The translations under genes were made by a program, and so were the position numbers. Positions 48,524-59,538 of a stretch of 64,000 nt of DNA are shown here, piece by piece. Source of the stretch: an uncultured Trueperaceae bacterium (GTDB lineage Bacteria > Deinococcota > Deinococci > Deinococcales > Trueperaceae). Where the stretch lies: NCBI GenBank assembly GCA_963799485.1, contig CAWCXJ010000001.1:212573-276572 (forward strand), written 5' to 3'. The first letter of the stretch is position 1. The number at the start of each line of letters is the position of its first letter. The notes under the pieces were generated by a model. It made no database searches, was not told where the DNA came from, and was given only the letters and a program-made list of their open reading frames with translations.

Positions 48524-50742
48524 ATGCACGCAACGCACAGGCTATCTAGGTTCGCGCCGCTCCTGCTCCTGTCAACGCTGACAGTCCTGTTGACAGCCTG
48601 CCCCGGTATTTCTGGCGGCGGCGGCAGCGGCACGCCGCAAATCACGAGTTTTACGGCAAACCCGTCCACCATCGCAGCGGGTACGGGGTCGCTCCTTAGC
48701 TGGACGGTAACAGGCAGCCCGACGAGCCTGGATATCAGCGGCGTCGGCACGGTTACCGGCACCAGCGTTACTGTCAACCCAACCGTGACGACAAGCTACA
48801 CCCTGACCGCGAGCAACAGCAGCGGCAGCGACCAGGAGACCGTAACCGTGACCGTCGGCGGCACCACCGGCGAAGACGGCCTCCCGCCCAGCGGCACCTT
48901 CGGCGTAAGCGCAACCCAGACCGGCACCTTCCAGAACGACGCGGGCAGCAACATCACCAGCGCCAGCGACCCGCGCGTCGTCACCGTCGCCGCAGGCGGC
49001 ACCTTTTACGCCCAGGCGTCTTACAGCGACCCCGGCGGCATTTCCAACATCTCCATCGAGCTGAGAAACAGCAACCCCCCCGGACTCGCCGCGCCCCTCG
49101 TACAAGGCCAGTCGGTCAGCGGCTTTACCCTGGGCGCTGAACTCAACGGTTGTGTGCTCGACGGCACCCAGACCGCCGTCACCTGCGTCTACCCGATTAC
49201 GGTTGATGCCGGCACCCCGAACATCAGCGCGTTGCCAAACTCCGGCAGCGAATTCGCCTACGTCTTCCGCACGGTGGTCACGGACGCGGCGGGGAACTTC
49301 GTCGATCAGCCGCCACGTGGTTATGTGGCAGTCGGCGGCTCCAGCGGTGGCGGCGGTGGCGGCGGTGGCGGCGGTGGCGGCGGTGGCGGGGGCGGCGGTG
49401 GCGGCGGTGGCGGCGGCGGTGGCGGCGGTGGCGGCGGTGGCGGCGGTGGCGGCGGTGGCGGCAAACTGCGCCAACCATCAATTCGTTTACGGCAAGTCCG
49501 ACAACGATTAGCAGTGGTCAGAGCAGCACGCTTTCATGGAGCGTTTCCGGCACCGTAACTTCGCTCAGCATCAGCGGCGTTGGCACTGTGACGGGTACGT
49601 CAACGACAGTGAGACCAACGACGACGACGACCTACACGCTCACGGCAAGCAACGGCTCAGCGTCAACGACGAAAACGGCAACAGTGACGGTTAATAGTGG
49701 TGGCGGAGGCCCGGTAGCCCCGAAAATCACGAACTTCAAAGCTACACCGACGAGCATCGCAGCAGGTGGAAGCTCGACGCTTTCGTGGACAACGACGGGC
49801 ACGGTTACTTCTTTATCCATCGATAATGGTGTCGGAGCCGTCACTGGTACATCTAAAGTCGTAATGCCATCAGATACCACGACTTATACGCTTACGGCAA
49901 GAAATGGTTCAGCATCAACGACGGCTAAAGTAAAAGTTACTGTGAAAGACGACAATAGTGGTGGTACAGGTGCAACGAAGATTACTTCTTTTAACGCTAC
50001 CCCTTCGAAGGTCACATATGGCGGAAGTATCAACTTCACTTGGTCACTGAGTGGTTCTCAACCATCAGAGGTGGAAATCTTCCAAGAGGGTAATCCTACA
50101 CCTGTTTTGACCAATCTTCTTGGGAAAACTTCGGATTCTAGTTTCAAGCCTACAGCCACCGCAAACTACTTCCTTCAGGTAACGACAAGCGATAATGATG
50201 TACTTCGCAGCAGCCCCGTGAAGAAAGTGAGCGTTGCACCTGCCGTCAATCTTGAAGCTGACCCCGACAATGTTGCTACTGGCGCTACAACCAGGCTTTC
50301 TTGGAGTATAAGTGGGCCATTCACGGCAGCGACGATTACCGGCACTGGGGTTAACCAAGCAATAACGACGCCAACTGGTAGTTTGACTAGCCCTGCTGTT
50401 ACCAGCAATACGACATACACGCTTACAGCAAGCAATGGTGCTGGGATTAGCAACACCGATACAGCTGATGTTGTAGTTGGTCCTGATGTATCAAACTTTC
50501 GCGCAACACCAAATCCGGCTGATGTGGGGCAAGGGGTTACATTCCAGTGGAACGTAACTAATCTCAGCTCTGGAAGCATAGTAATCACCGGCCCCAACTC
50601 TTTTAGGAGAGCCTTGTCTGCCAGTCAAAGAAGCACCGTTCTAGGGAATGTACAACTTGTAAACGAAGGCTTGTACACGATAACGGTCACAAATGCTTCG
50701 GGAGACGATGACACAGCCCAAGTCACGCTAGATGTGAACTAG
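48524..50742 (+). pseudogene. Surface lipoprotein with Ig/PKD-like repeats and a poly-Gly linker, split by a 1-nt frameshift at ~49461
   Basis: Lipobox LTAC; repeats I.SF.A.P..I..G....LSW....YTLTA on both sides of the break; the shifted frame reads QTAPTINSFTASPTT straight after the Gly run and runs into ORF 49588-50742. Confidence 0.8.
49346..49462 (+). repeat. (GGTGGCGGC)n tract encoding 39 glycines
   Basis: 117 nt of GGN codons in 9-nt units. Confidence 0.95.
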
Positions 50743-50768
50743 TCTTTATGCCTTTCTAGTTACTTATC

Positions 50769-50805
50769 CTCGAGCCCTCCCACACCGGGGGCTCGAGCCT
50801 TTTTT
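50769..50805 (+). terminator. Intrinsic terminator of the lipoprotein gene; overlaps repeat R1
   Basis: CTCGAGCCC...GGGCTCGAG stem followed by T6. Confidence 0.7.
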
Positions 50806-50838
50806 ACGGCGACTTTAGGGGCTCGAGGGGTTTTTACA
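50791..50838 (+). repeat. Cassette-bounding direct repeat R1
   Basis: GCTCGAGCCTTTTTTACGGCGACTTTAGGGGCTCGAGGGGTTTTTACA. Confidence 0.9.
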
Positions 50839-50839
50839 G

Positions 50840-51187
50840 TTACCGTCTGATTCGCAACTTGCCGTTCTGATAGACCGCAAACCGACCGGTTATCTCGCCC
50901 GCATAGTTTTTGGTAATGGCCTTGACAACCTCTACTTTTTCGTCACCCGTGGCAGCCTCCAGACGCAGCAGCAGCACCCCGGCGTGGGTACGCCTCGGGC
51001 GGTAGACCAGTTCACCAAAATCTTTGTCCATCGTCACGACAAGGCGCGCTTCAGAAACGGCAATATCAAGAATGTCGCTGTCGGGCAACCTCGGGTCTAG
51101 GTCACGCACGGCTTTGACGTCGTGTCCTTGCGCTGCTAAAAATTGTTCTGCTTTTCGTCCAACACCAACGTCGAACAAGAACTTCAC
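50840..51187 (-). CDS. DUF5615 PIN-like toxin (VapC45-like)
   Basis: MKFLFD, GHDV, D.DIL..A..E.R..VT.DKDFGEL motifs. Confidence 0.88.
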   Translation of the reverse strand: MKFLFDVGVGRKAEQFLAAQGHDVKAVRDLDPRLPDSDILDIAVSEARLVVTMDKDFGELVYRPRRTHAGVLLLRLEAATGDEKVEVVKAITKNYAGEITGRFAVYQNGKLRIRR

Positions 51188-51435
51188 GCCGCGTCGGTAA
51201 TAGGAATAACGCGGTCTTCGGCGACAAGCTGACCGGCGTAGAGTAGAGCGGCGGCAATATCGTCTCGGCTCAGCTCGGGATAATCGGCTAGCAGCTCTGC
51301 TTCACTGACTCCGTGGGCAAGTGCCAGCAAAAGCTGTTCTACGGTAATTCTCAACCCCCTTAAGGTTGGTTTACCGCCCATAAGTCCCGGAATCAGGGTG
51401 ATGCGCTCGAGCAGCGCGGCGTCGTGCGTGGTCAT
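51184..51435 (-). CDS. DUF433 antitoxin
   Basis: RIT..PG.MGGKP.LRG.RITV..L...ELLADYPEL...DI.AAL.YA. Confidence 0.92.
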   Translation of the reverse strand: MTTHDAALLERITLIPGLMGGKPTLRGLRITVEQLLLALAHGVSEAELLADYPELSRDDIAAALLYAGQLVAEDRVIPITDAA

Positions 51436-51453
51436 GGCGTCAGTATAGCCGAC

Positions 51454-51500
51454 GCTCGAGCCTTTTTTACGGCGGCTTCAGGGGCTCGAGGGGTTTTACA
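51454..51500 (+). repeat. Cassette-bounding direct repeat R2
   Basis: GCTCGAGCCTTTTTTACGGCGGCTTCAGGGGCTCGAGGGGTTTTACA. Confidence 0.9.
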
Positions 51501-51573
51501 AAGCTCAGACTATCGTGGTTTAGGTCGGGCTCAAGTTGAGATACATGTGTGTGAGCAAATGGTTAAATGCCAG

Positions 51574-51898
51574 GTGGCCCTTGTTGACGAAATCCGGGCA
51601 AAAATCGCCCTAGGTCAGTATGAATTCTCGCGGCACGCTGTTGACCAAACGATTTTGCGCCGAATTACACTTACAGAAATACGCGAAGTTACATCGAACG
51701 CTGAACTGCTCGAGTACTACCCAAACGATAAATACGGCCCAAGTTGTTTAATTCTGGGTTTTACCGAAATCTCGAAGACCGCTTCACGTTCAGTGTAGCT
51801 ATCCATCACGCACACTCATTAAAATCATCACACTTTACGAACCCGACCCGGCATTATGGTTTAACTTTAGAGTGAGGAGGCAAAAAGGTGATGCCTGA
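51574..51898 (+). pseudogene. DUF4258 toxin-like gene with a +1 frameshift at ~51768
   Basis: FSRHA..., EYYPNDKYGPSCLILGFT, then in a shifted frame RPLHVQCS..IITLYEPDP..W. Confidence 0.8.
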
Positions 51899-52103
51899 AG
51901 AATTTGTAGAACGCACCGTTACTTATACGCTCGAGGTGCAAGGTAAACTCGTTGTGGTCGAGAATGTGCCTGCTCGGGTCAGCCTCCAAACAGGCGAGCA
52001 GCTTTTTGCTCCGGAGACAGTTGAAAAACTTCAGCGTATGGCGTGGGGGCAGAGAGAACCGAAACGGACTTTGCAGACGCCGGTATACGACTTCTTGGCG
52101 TAA
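51891..52103 (+). CDS. YgiT-type (MqsA-N-like) antitoxin partner lacking the Zn-binding cysteines
   Basis: VVVENVPARV...GEQLF motif; GAGGAGG RBS; canonical partner of DUF4258. Confidence 0.8.
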   Translation: MPEEFVERTVTYTLEVQGKLVVVENVPARVSLQTGEQLFAPETVEKLQRMAWGQREPKRTLQTPVYDFLA

Positions 52104-52140
52104 AAAACTTGCGTATTGGCTTGGGGCTTCTCGAAGCGGG

Positions 52141-52186
52141 GCTCGAGCCTTTTTACGGCGGCTTTGAGGCGTCTCGAGGGGTTTAC
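52141..52186 (+). repeat. Cassette-bounding direct repeat R3 (more diverged)
   Basis: GCTCGAGCCTTTTTACGGCGGCTTTGAGGCGTCTCGAGGGGTTTAC. Confidence 0.85.
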
Positions 52187-52299
52187 GCACACCGGTCATT
52201 AGCACGGTTTGGCTCGAGGCTCAAAAACACCAATTTGGTATGTTACCCGCTTCTATGCTTAAAATAGACACGTTCTGCCCTTTTTATTTCGTCACGACC

Positions 52300-52617
52300 T
52301 TCGCCGTAAGGGTAGCTATGGACGGCAACAAAAACGTGCTTGCAACCTTTAGTCCGGCCTCGGCCACCTACAGACTTACGGTGAGGCAACCGGGCAACGG
52401 GAAAGGTAACGTGCGCGCTTCACCGCCTGGTACAAAGTGTGGCACGGCCTGCACCCTCTATCCGGTTGATACGAAAGTGACGCTGAGCGCCAAGCCGACT
52501 ACACCCTCGAGCTTTACGGGCTGGGGCGGCGCGTGTAGCCCGGCGGGTACGGCGATAAAATGTCAGCTGACGATGAGCGGTAACAAGGCGGTCGTTGCAA
52601 ACTTCGCTACCCCCTGA
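52300..52617 (+). pseudogene. Orphan C-terminal fragment with a divergent InlB B-repeat domain
   Basis: MDGNKNVLATF..G.G.V..SP.G..CG..C......VTL.A.P...S.FTGWGGAC...C.LTM..NK.V.A.F; no signal peptide. Confidence 0.65.
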
Positions 52618-52822
52618 GCCGGACTGATTATCGCCGGTTTGCGCTCGAGCCCGGCTGTTCAAGCGGGTGGCTCTTCAGCCCAACAGGCCGCGCGTAAAAC
52701 GTTGCAGCCCTCATAGACGCGTCTCAGCCGGTAAGAAAAGGCGATTTCCGGCACCTGTCTACTTCTTTTCATGTCACCGGGTTGTAGCGTCGGGAAGTCC
52801 TTGGCGACCGATGAAGGAGTTT

Positions 52823-53416
52823 ATGGTGATTCAAGCTTTACGTGTATCCGGGTTTTTGTTCTTTGTGGCGTCGCTGTCGGCAGCGGTGTTGGCGGGGTGC
52901 AGTACGACGTCTGCTGTACCGACCGACCCTGCTCCGGGTACTCCGGCGTGCACCTATGAGGGTGGAAGCTTGCCGAGTCTCGAGGTGGCGGCGGGCGAGA
53001 CCTGTGTGCTAAACGGTACGACGGTTCAGGGTGATATCACTCTGGCTTCCGGTGCCAGCCTAGACGCGTCCTTGGGGGTCGCGGTGGGGGGGGATATTCA
53101 GGGACAGGGTGCAGCGAACGTCTTGCTGGACGGCACAACTGTTGCTGGCAAGCTTCAGCTGGGGGGCGGCGGCGCGGTCGCTGTCACCGACTCGAGCGTC
53201 GAGGGTCGGCTTCAGCTTGCCGGTAACCGCGGGGTTGTAAGCGTTTCCGACACCTTTATCGGTGGCGACCTGCTGCTTTTACAAAATACCGGCGGTGTTT
53301 TCGTCGATTACAACGTCGTCACCGGCGACGTGCAGTGTGAACAAAACGACCCCGCACCGCTGGGTGCAGACAACGAGGTCTCAGGTAGCAAAGGAGGTCA
53401 GTGCCGCGCGCTCTAG
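52823..53416 (+). CDS. Lipoprotein with a right-handed beta-helix-like Gly/Val repeat region
   Basis: AAGGAG RBS; lipobox LAGC; V.G.(I/L) repeats. Confidence 0.75.
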   Translation: MVIQALRVSGFLFFVASLSAAVLAGCSTTSAVPTDPAPGTPACTYEGGSLPSLEVAAGETCVLNGTTVQGDITLASGASLDASLGVAVGGDIQGQGAANVLLDGTTVAGKLQLGGGGAVAVTDSSVEGRLQLAGNRGVVSVSDTFIGGDLLLLQNTGGVFVDYNVVTGDVQCEQNDPAPLGADNEVSGSKGGQCRAL

Positions 53417-53451
53417 CGGTTTGAGGTGCGCGTTTCAGGCGTCGGTCACGG

Positions 53452-53735
53452 GTGGACGGTATTAGTCACGGTATTGATCCCGTTATCTTGGGGTACCGGC
53501 ACCATCTGCCCGTTGACACCGTAAAAATCGACCGCTCGTTTATCCGGGCGATGGGCGGCGGCCCGCGAAACCCGGAGGTCGTCCGAACCGTTATCTCGGT
53601 GGCGCAAAACCCGGGCCTCGTCGTCTCCGAAGGGGTCGAGTCAGCCGCGCAGGTCAACCCCTTGCGGACTTTAGACGGCCTTTACGCACGGGGATTATTC
53701 TGCTCCAAACCCGTAGAGCTTGCCCGCGCGCGCAG
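53452..53735 (+). pseudogene. Degenerate EAL (c-di-GMP phosphodiesterase) domain fragment
   Basis: LPVDTVKIDRSFI, VSEGVE and G.....KP remnants; lacks the N-terminal part of the EAL domain. Confidence 0.7.
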
Positions 53736-55025
53736 CTACGCAGCAGGTGACGAGGTGGTAGGTGTAAATACGACCTCGCCGCGTATGAAGCTCAGGAGGG
53801 GCCAGCCGGTGAAGCTTTGACCCGCCCACGGGCTGAATTTGGCCTTGCTCTTAAAGGTTTCGGGTTCGACCGCACGTTTGGCCTCGAGGTCGAGCACGAC
53901 CAAATCGGCCCTCTGACCGGGCTCGAGCGTTGGGGGTGTCCAACCCATGACGTCGGCAGGGCCGCCTTGCAGAAGCTCTAGAAGTGCCGCCAAGGCTAGT
54001 CCGTCCCGTTTTACAAGCTCGGTATAGAGCAGCGGAAACGTCACCTCGATATTGCCGATGCCGAAGGGTGCGGCCTCCATGTCACGCTCTTTTTCGGCCC
54101 ATGTGTGCGGCGCGTGGTCGGTGCCGATACTGTCCACGACGCCGCGTTTTACGGCGTCACGCAAGTAAGCGACGTCTTCGGCGGTGCGGAGCGGTGGGGC
54201 GACCTTAAAGGTGGGGTCGAAGGTCTCGAGCGCTGCGTCGGTCAGCGTCAGGTGATGCGGCGTGACTTCGCAGGTAACGGGCGCGCCCTGCGCCTTGAAA
54301 AACTCCACGACCTGCATTCCCCGTTTCGACGAGACGTGCGCGATATGAACCCGCGCCCCGGTCATGGTAGCGATTTCGCAGTCGCGGTAGATCATCGCGG
54401 CTTCGGCGGCAACAGGATTGCCCGGTAAGCCGAGCCGCTGCGAGACCATACCCTCGTTCATCACGCCGTTTTGCCGTAAACCGGGGTCTTCGGAGTGCGT
54501 TTGAATGACCAAACCGAGTTCGGCGGCGTATTCGCACGCGTGGCGCATCAGGTGCCCGTCTTGTACCGGAATACCGTCGTCGGTAATCATCACCGCGCCT
54601 GCGTCTTTAAGTGCGGCGAAGTCGGTGAGTTCTTTTCCCTCAAGGCCGCGGCTCAAGGTGGCAGCGGGGCGCAACCGGGCGAAACCCAAACGTTCGGCTT
54701 TATGAATCAGCGACGCCACCATCCCGGGGTCGTCTACGGGTGGAGTGGTGTTCGCCATCGAAACGACCATCCCGAAACCGCCGGCGGCGGCGGCGGCAAG
54801 TCCTGAAGCTAAATCCTCTTTTTGTTCCTGCCCCGGTTCGCGCAGGTGGGCGTGAAGGTCGATAAAGGCGGGTGTGACGAGCTTGCCCGCCGCGTCAAAG
54901 GTTTTATCGACCTCGCCGCCCAGGTTGACGCCTTCGATGAGCCCGTCTTTAAGGTAGAGGTCGTGGGCGCCGTGGTTCCCCCTTGCGTCTTGCAGGTGGG
55001 CATTTTTTAGCCGGATGCGGGTCAC
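53736..55025 (-). CDS. pyrC: Dihydroorotase (type I)
   Basis: [27 protein letters not shown] and GTDHAPH motifs; GTG overlaps the ridA stop. Confidence 0.95.
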   Translation of the reverse strand: MTRIRLKNAHLQDARGNHGAHDLYLKDGLIEGVNLGGEVDKTFDAAGKLVTPAFIDLHAHLREPGQEQKEDLASGLAAAAAGGFGMVVSMANTTPPVDDPGMVASLIHKAERLGFARLRPAATLSRGLEGKELTDFAALKDAGAVMITDDGIPVQDGHLMRHACEYAAELGLVIQTHSEDPGLRQNGVMNEGMVSQRLGLPGNPVAAEAAMIYRDCEIATMTGARVHIAHVSSKRGMQVVEFFKAQGAPVTCEVTPHHLTLTDAALETFDPTFKVAPPLRTAEDVAYLRDAVKRGVVDSIGTDHAPHTWAEKERDMEAAPFGIGNIEVTFPLLYTELVKRDGLALAALLELLQGGPADVMGWTPPTLEPGQRADLVVLDLEAKRAVEPETFKSKAKFSPWAGQSFTGWPLLSFIRGEVVFTPTTSSPAA

Positions 55026-55413
55026 ATTTTCCCCCGGATAAACGCGTCGGCTTCGATTTCGACGAGCATTTCGGGGGCAATCAGGGCGCGCACCGCGACC
55101 ATCGCCGTGGCGGGCCGAACGTTGCCGAAGACTTCGCCGTGCGCCCGTCCGACGGCCTCCCAATTTTTGATGTCGGTGACGAAGATGCGAGTACGCACTA
55201 CATCTTCCAGCCCTGCGCCTGTTTCTTCCAAAGCGGCCCCGATATTTTTTAGAATCTGCACCGTTTGTGCGTAAGCATCGCCGCTGACGAGGTTTCCCGC
55301 TTCGTCCGTTGCCGTCGTGCCTGAAACCCACACGTGCGGGCCGATATGGACGGCTCGCGAGTACCCCACCCACGCTTCCCACATTGTTCCTGTTGAAATA
55401 TTTTGACGTTCCA

Positions 55414-55414
<1 letters not shown>
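55022..55414 (-). CDS. RidA/YjgF-family protein
   Basis: GYSRAV, VSGTT, DVVRTR, RPATAM and VEIEA motifs. Confidence 0.92.
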
Positions 55415-57030
<1,616 letters not shown>

Positions 57031-57239
57031 GTTTACAGTCTAAGACCCGTGTGCTGCTAACGCAATACCTACACCGATAAGCAGGCGTAGCGGTTGCTGT
57101 CATTGAGGCTGTGGCTGCTGTTAAGGCTGTAGCTGTAGTTAAGGCTATACCTGTAGTTTGGGTGGCGATTACGGTAACGCTTTGCTTAACATGTGAGCCT
57201 GCCGTTGTGAAACCTGCCCACGCCGCTTAGACTAACAGC

Positions 57240-57821
57240 GTGATCGCTACCAGAGAAGCGTACCTGGCCTACCTCGAGGCCGACCGGCTTAGTTTGGGCT
57301 GCGCTAGGAGTGCGGCAAACTACTTGTTTCACGATATCTGGCGCTATCAGCGGCTCTTGAGACGGCTCGAGTACCAAAAGAACTGCAAAAAGGGCCGGGT
57401 TGCCCGGCTCGTCGAACTGTACTTGCGGCTCAGATTCAAACGTCTCGGCACCCGTCTCGGTTTTTCAATCGCCCCCAACACGTTCGGGCCGGGGCTGGCG
57501 CTAGTCCACCAGGGAACGGTCGTCGTCAATCGTCACGCACGTATCGGCGCCAACTGCCGCGTTCACGTTGACGTCAATATCGGCGCTTCGGGAGGTACGA
57601 ACGACGCTCCGCATCTCGGTCACAACGTCTATATCGCACCGGGTGCCAAAATCTTCGGGGGCATCTATATCGCTGACGGCGTGGCCATCGGGGCCAACGC
57701 CGTCGTCAACCGTTCGTTCGATGAATCCGACATCACCATCGGCGGCGTCCCGGCCAAAAAGATTTCCGACAAAGGCGCGGTGGCTGCAGGTTGGCAGTCC
57801 AGGAACACGTATCTCGGGTAG
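57240..57821 (+). CDS. Serine-acetyltransferase-like hexapeptide acyltransferase
   Basis: Left-handed beta-helix hexapeptides (IGANC, LGHNVYIAPGAKIFG, IGANAVV) and GVPAK. Confidence 0.85.
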   Translation: MIATREAYLAYLEADRLSLGCARSAANYLFHDIWRYQRLLRRLEYQKNCKKGRVARLVELYLRLRFKRLGTRLGFSIAPNTFGPGLALVHQGTVVVNRHARIGANCRVHVDVNIGASGGTNDAPHLGHNVYIAPGAKIFGGIYIADGVAIGANAVVNRSFDESDITIGGVPAKKISDKGAVAAGWQSRNTYLG

Positions 57822-57872
57822 CTGTATAAACCTCTGCATAACGTGATAACATCGCGTGAATGTGGAGGACTT

Positions 57873-59471
57873 ATGGCACAAATAGACGCCCAAAATACAC
57901 AGCAGCGCGTTAAAACGTTCGGGAATCTTATCGGCAATCAAGAGGTTGAGAGCGGTAGGACGTTCGCGTCCCGCAACTCGTCGGAGCTCTCGGACGTTCT
58001 CGGACTCTTTCCCGAAGCCACCAAGGAGCAGGTCAGAGCAGCTTGTGAGCTGGCCCAAAAAGCTTTCAAGAGCTGGTCGAAGACGCCTGCGCCGGTTCGC
58101 GGTGAACTCATCGGTACCATCGGCAAAGCTTTAGAACGTGAAAAAGAGTCGCTGAGCCGCCTCGCTACCCGCGAGATGGGTAAAACGCTGAAAGAAGCGC
58201 GCGGCGACGTACAAGAAGCTATCGATACCTGCCACTTCTTTCAGTCCGAAGGCCGCCGCCTGTACGGTCAGACAGTGCCGTCCGAGATGCCCAACAAAGA
58301 GCTCCTGACCTACCGCCGTCCGCTCGGGGTCGTGGGTATTGTGACCGCCGGCAATTTTCCGGTCGCGGTTCCGGCGTGGAAGCTGATTCCGGCGCTCCTG
58401 ACCGGCAACACGGTCGTCTGGAAACCGTCTGAGGACGCGCCCGCGTGCGCCTACGCGCTCGTCAAGCTGATGCACGGAGCGGGCCTCCCGGCAGGTGTCT
58501 TAAACCTCGTGTTTGGCGGTGGTAAAGGTGCGGCGGGCGAATACCTCATCGAGATGATGGACGAAGGGTTACTAGGCAAGTTCGCCTTTACCGGCTCGAC
58601 GACGGTAGGACGCGAAATCGGGGCGATTGCCGGCCGAAACTTGCTGCATCCGACCCTCGAGCTGGGCGGTAAAAACCCGCTGGTGGTCATGCGTGACGCG
58701 GATTTGAAAAACGCCGTGCAGGGTGCGCTCTGGGCGTCGTTCGGGACCGGCGGACAACGCTGCACTTCTGCGGGAAACCTCATCATCGACGCGCCCGTCT
58801 ATGATGAATTTAGGACGCGGTTTTTAGAAGCTGCCAAAAACGTCAAAATCGGCGACCCGAACAAGGTGGACGACGTACTTTACGGGCCGTTTATCAATGA
58901 ACGGTTCTTTAACCGCTGGTTGGAGCATTACGACTGGGGCCAAGCCGACGGCGCGACGCTGCTTTACGGCAAAGGGCGCATCACGCCGGAAAACAAACCC
59001 GGCGGTTTCCTCGGCAACCCCGAAGCGAGCTTTTACGGCTGGCCGACCATCTGGGAAGGCGTTACCAAGGACATGCGGCAGTTCAAAACCGAAGTGTTCG
59101 GCCCGACTATCAACCTGGTCGAAGTAGACGGTATCGATGAAGCTATCGAAACGGCGAACGCGGTTGCTTACGGCCTCTCGTCGGCGATCTATACGAACAA
59201 CCGGTTGTGGGCGCACCGTTTCAAAGAGGAGATTCAGGCCGGGATGACGAGTATCAACAACTCGACGACCGGGGCCGAGGCGCACATGCCTTTCGGCGGC
59301 GTCAAGGGTTCAGGCAACGGCACCCGTGAGTCGGGTATCTGGGTGATTGACAACTACACCTACTGGCAGGGCGTCAACGACGACGTATCGGGAACCTTGC
59401 AGCTCGCGCAGATGGACACGGCGTATCTCGAGCCGCAAGACGAGGTGAGCGTCGAAGGTCTCTTTGAGTAA
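57873..59471 (+). CDS. Aldehyde dehydrogenase
   Basis: GNFP, FTGST, LELGGKNP, GQRCTS, EVFGP and PFGG.K.SG motifs; GGAGG RBS. Confidence 0.95.
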   Translation: MAQIDAQNTQQRVKTFGNLIGNQEVESGRTFASRNSSELSDVLGLFPEATKEQVRAACELAQKAFKSWSKTPAPVRGELIGTIGKALEREKESLSRLATREMGKTLKEARGDVQEAIDTCHFFQSEGRRLYGQTVPSEMPNKELLTYRRPLGVVGIVTAGNFPVAVPAWKLIPALLTGNTVVWKPSEDAPACAYALVKLMHGAGLPAGVLNLVFGGGKGAAGEYLIEMMDEGLLGKFAFTGSTTVGREIGAIAGRNLLHPTLELGGKNPLVVMRDADLKNAVQGALWASFGTGGQRCTSAGNLIIDAPVYDEFRTRFLEAAKNVKIGDPNKVDDVLYGPFINERFFNRWLEHYDWGQADGATLLYGKGRITPENKPGGFLGNPEASFYGWPTIWEGVTKDMRQFKTEVFGPTINLVEVDGIDEAIETANAVAYGLSSAIYTNNRLWAHRFKEEIQAGMTSINNSTTGAEAHMPFGGVKGSGNGTRESGIWVIDNYTYWQGVNDDVSGTLQLAQMDTAYLEPQDEVSVEGLFE

Positions 59472-59538
59472 ATGTTTCAGATTACCGGCAGGGGAGGGCA
59501 ACCTCTCCTTTTTGCTTGCGAATTCTCTATAGTAGGGC

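Noticed and set aside
48572..49474. 300-aa minus-strand Ala/Thr-repeat (antifreeze-like) ORF
   Set aside because: It is the antisense shadow of the poly-Gly tract and the lipoprotein gene.
7305..51898. Programmed recoding as a shared explanation for the scattered frameshifts and stops (7490, 22728, 39903, 49461, 51768)
   Set aside because: No common slippery motif; decay or sequencing error is simpler. Only the IS1595 A7G and IS5 A4G7 sites fit known programmed frameshifts.
50791..52186. CRISPR array or classical integron
   Set aside because: Spacers are over 600 bp and gene-sized; no cas or intI genes and no attC R-box consensus. Kept only as a cassette-like repeat finding.
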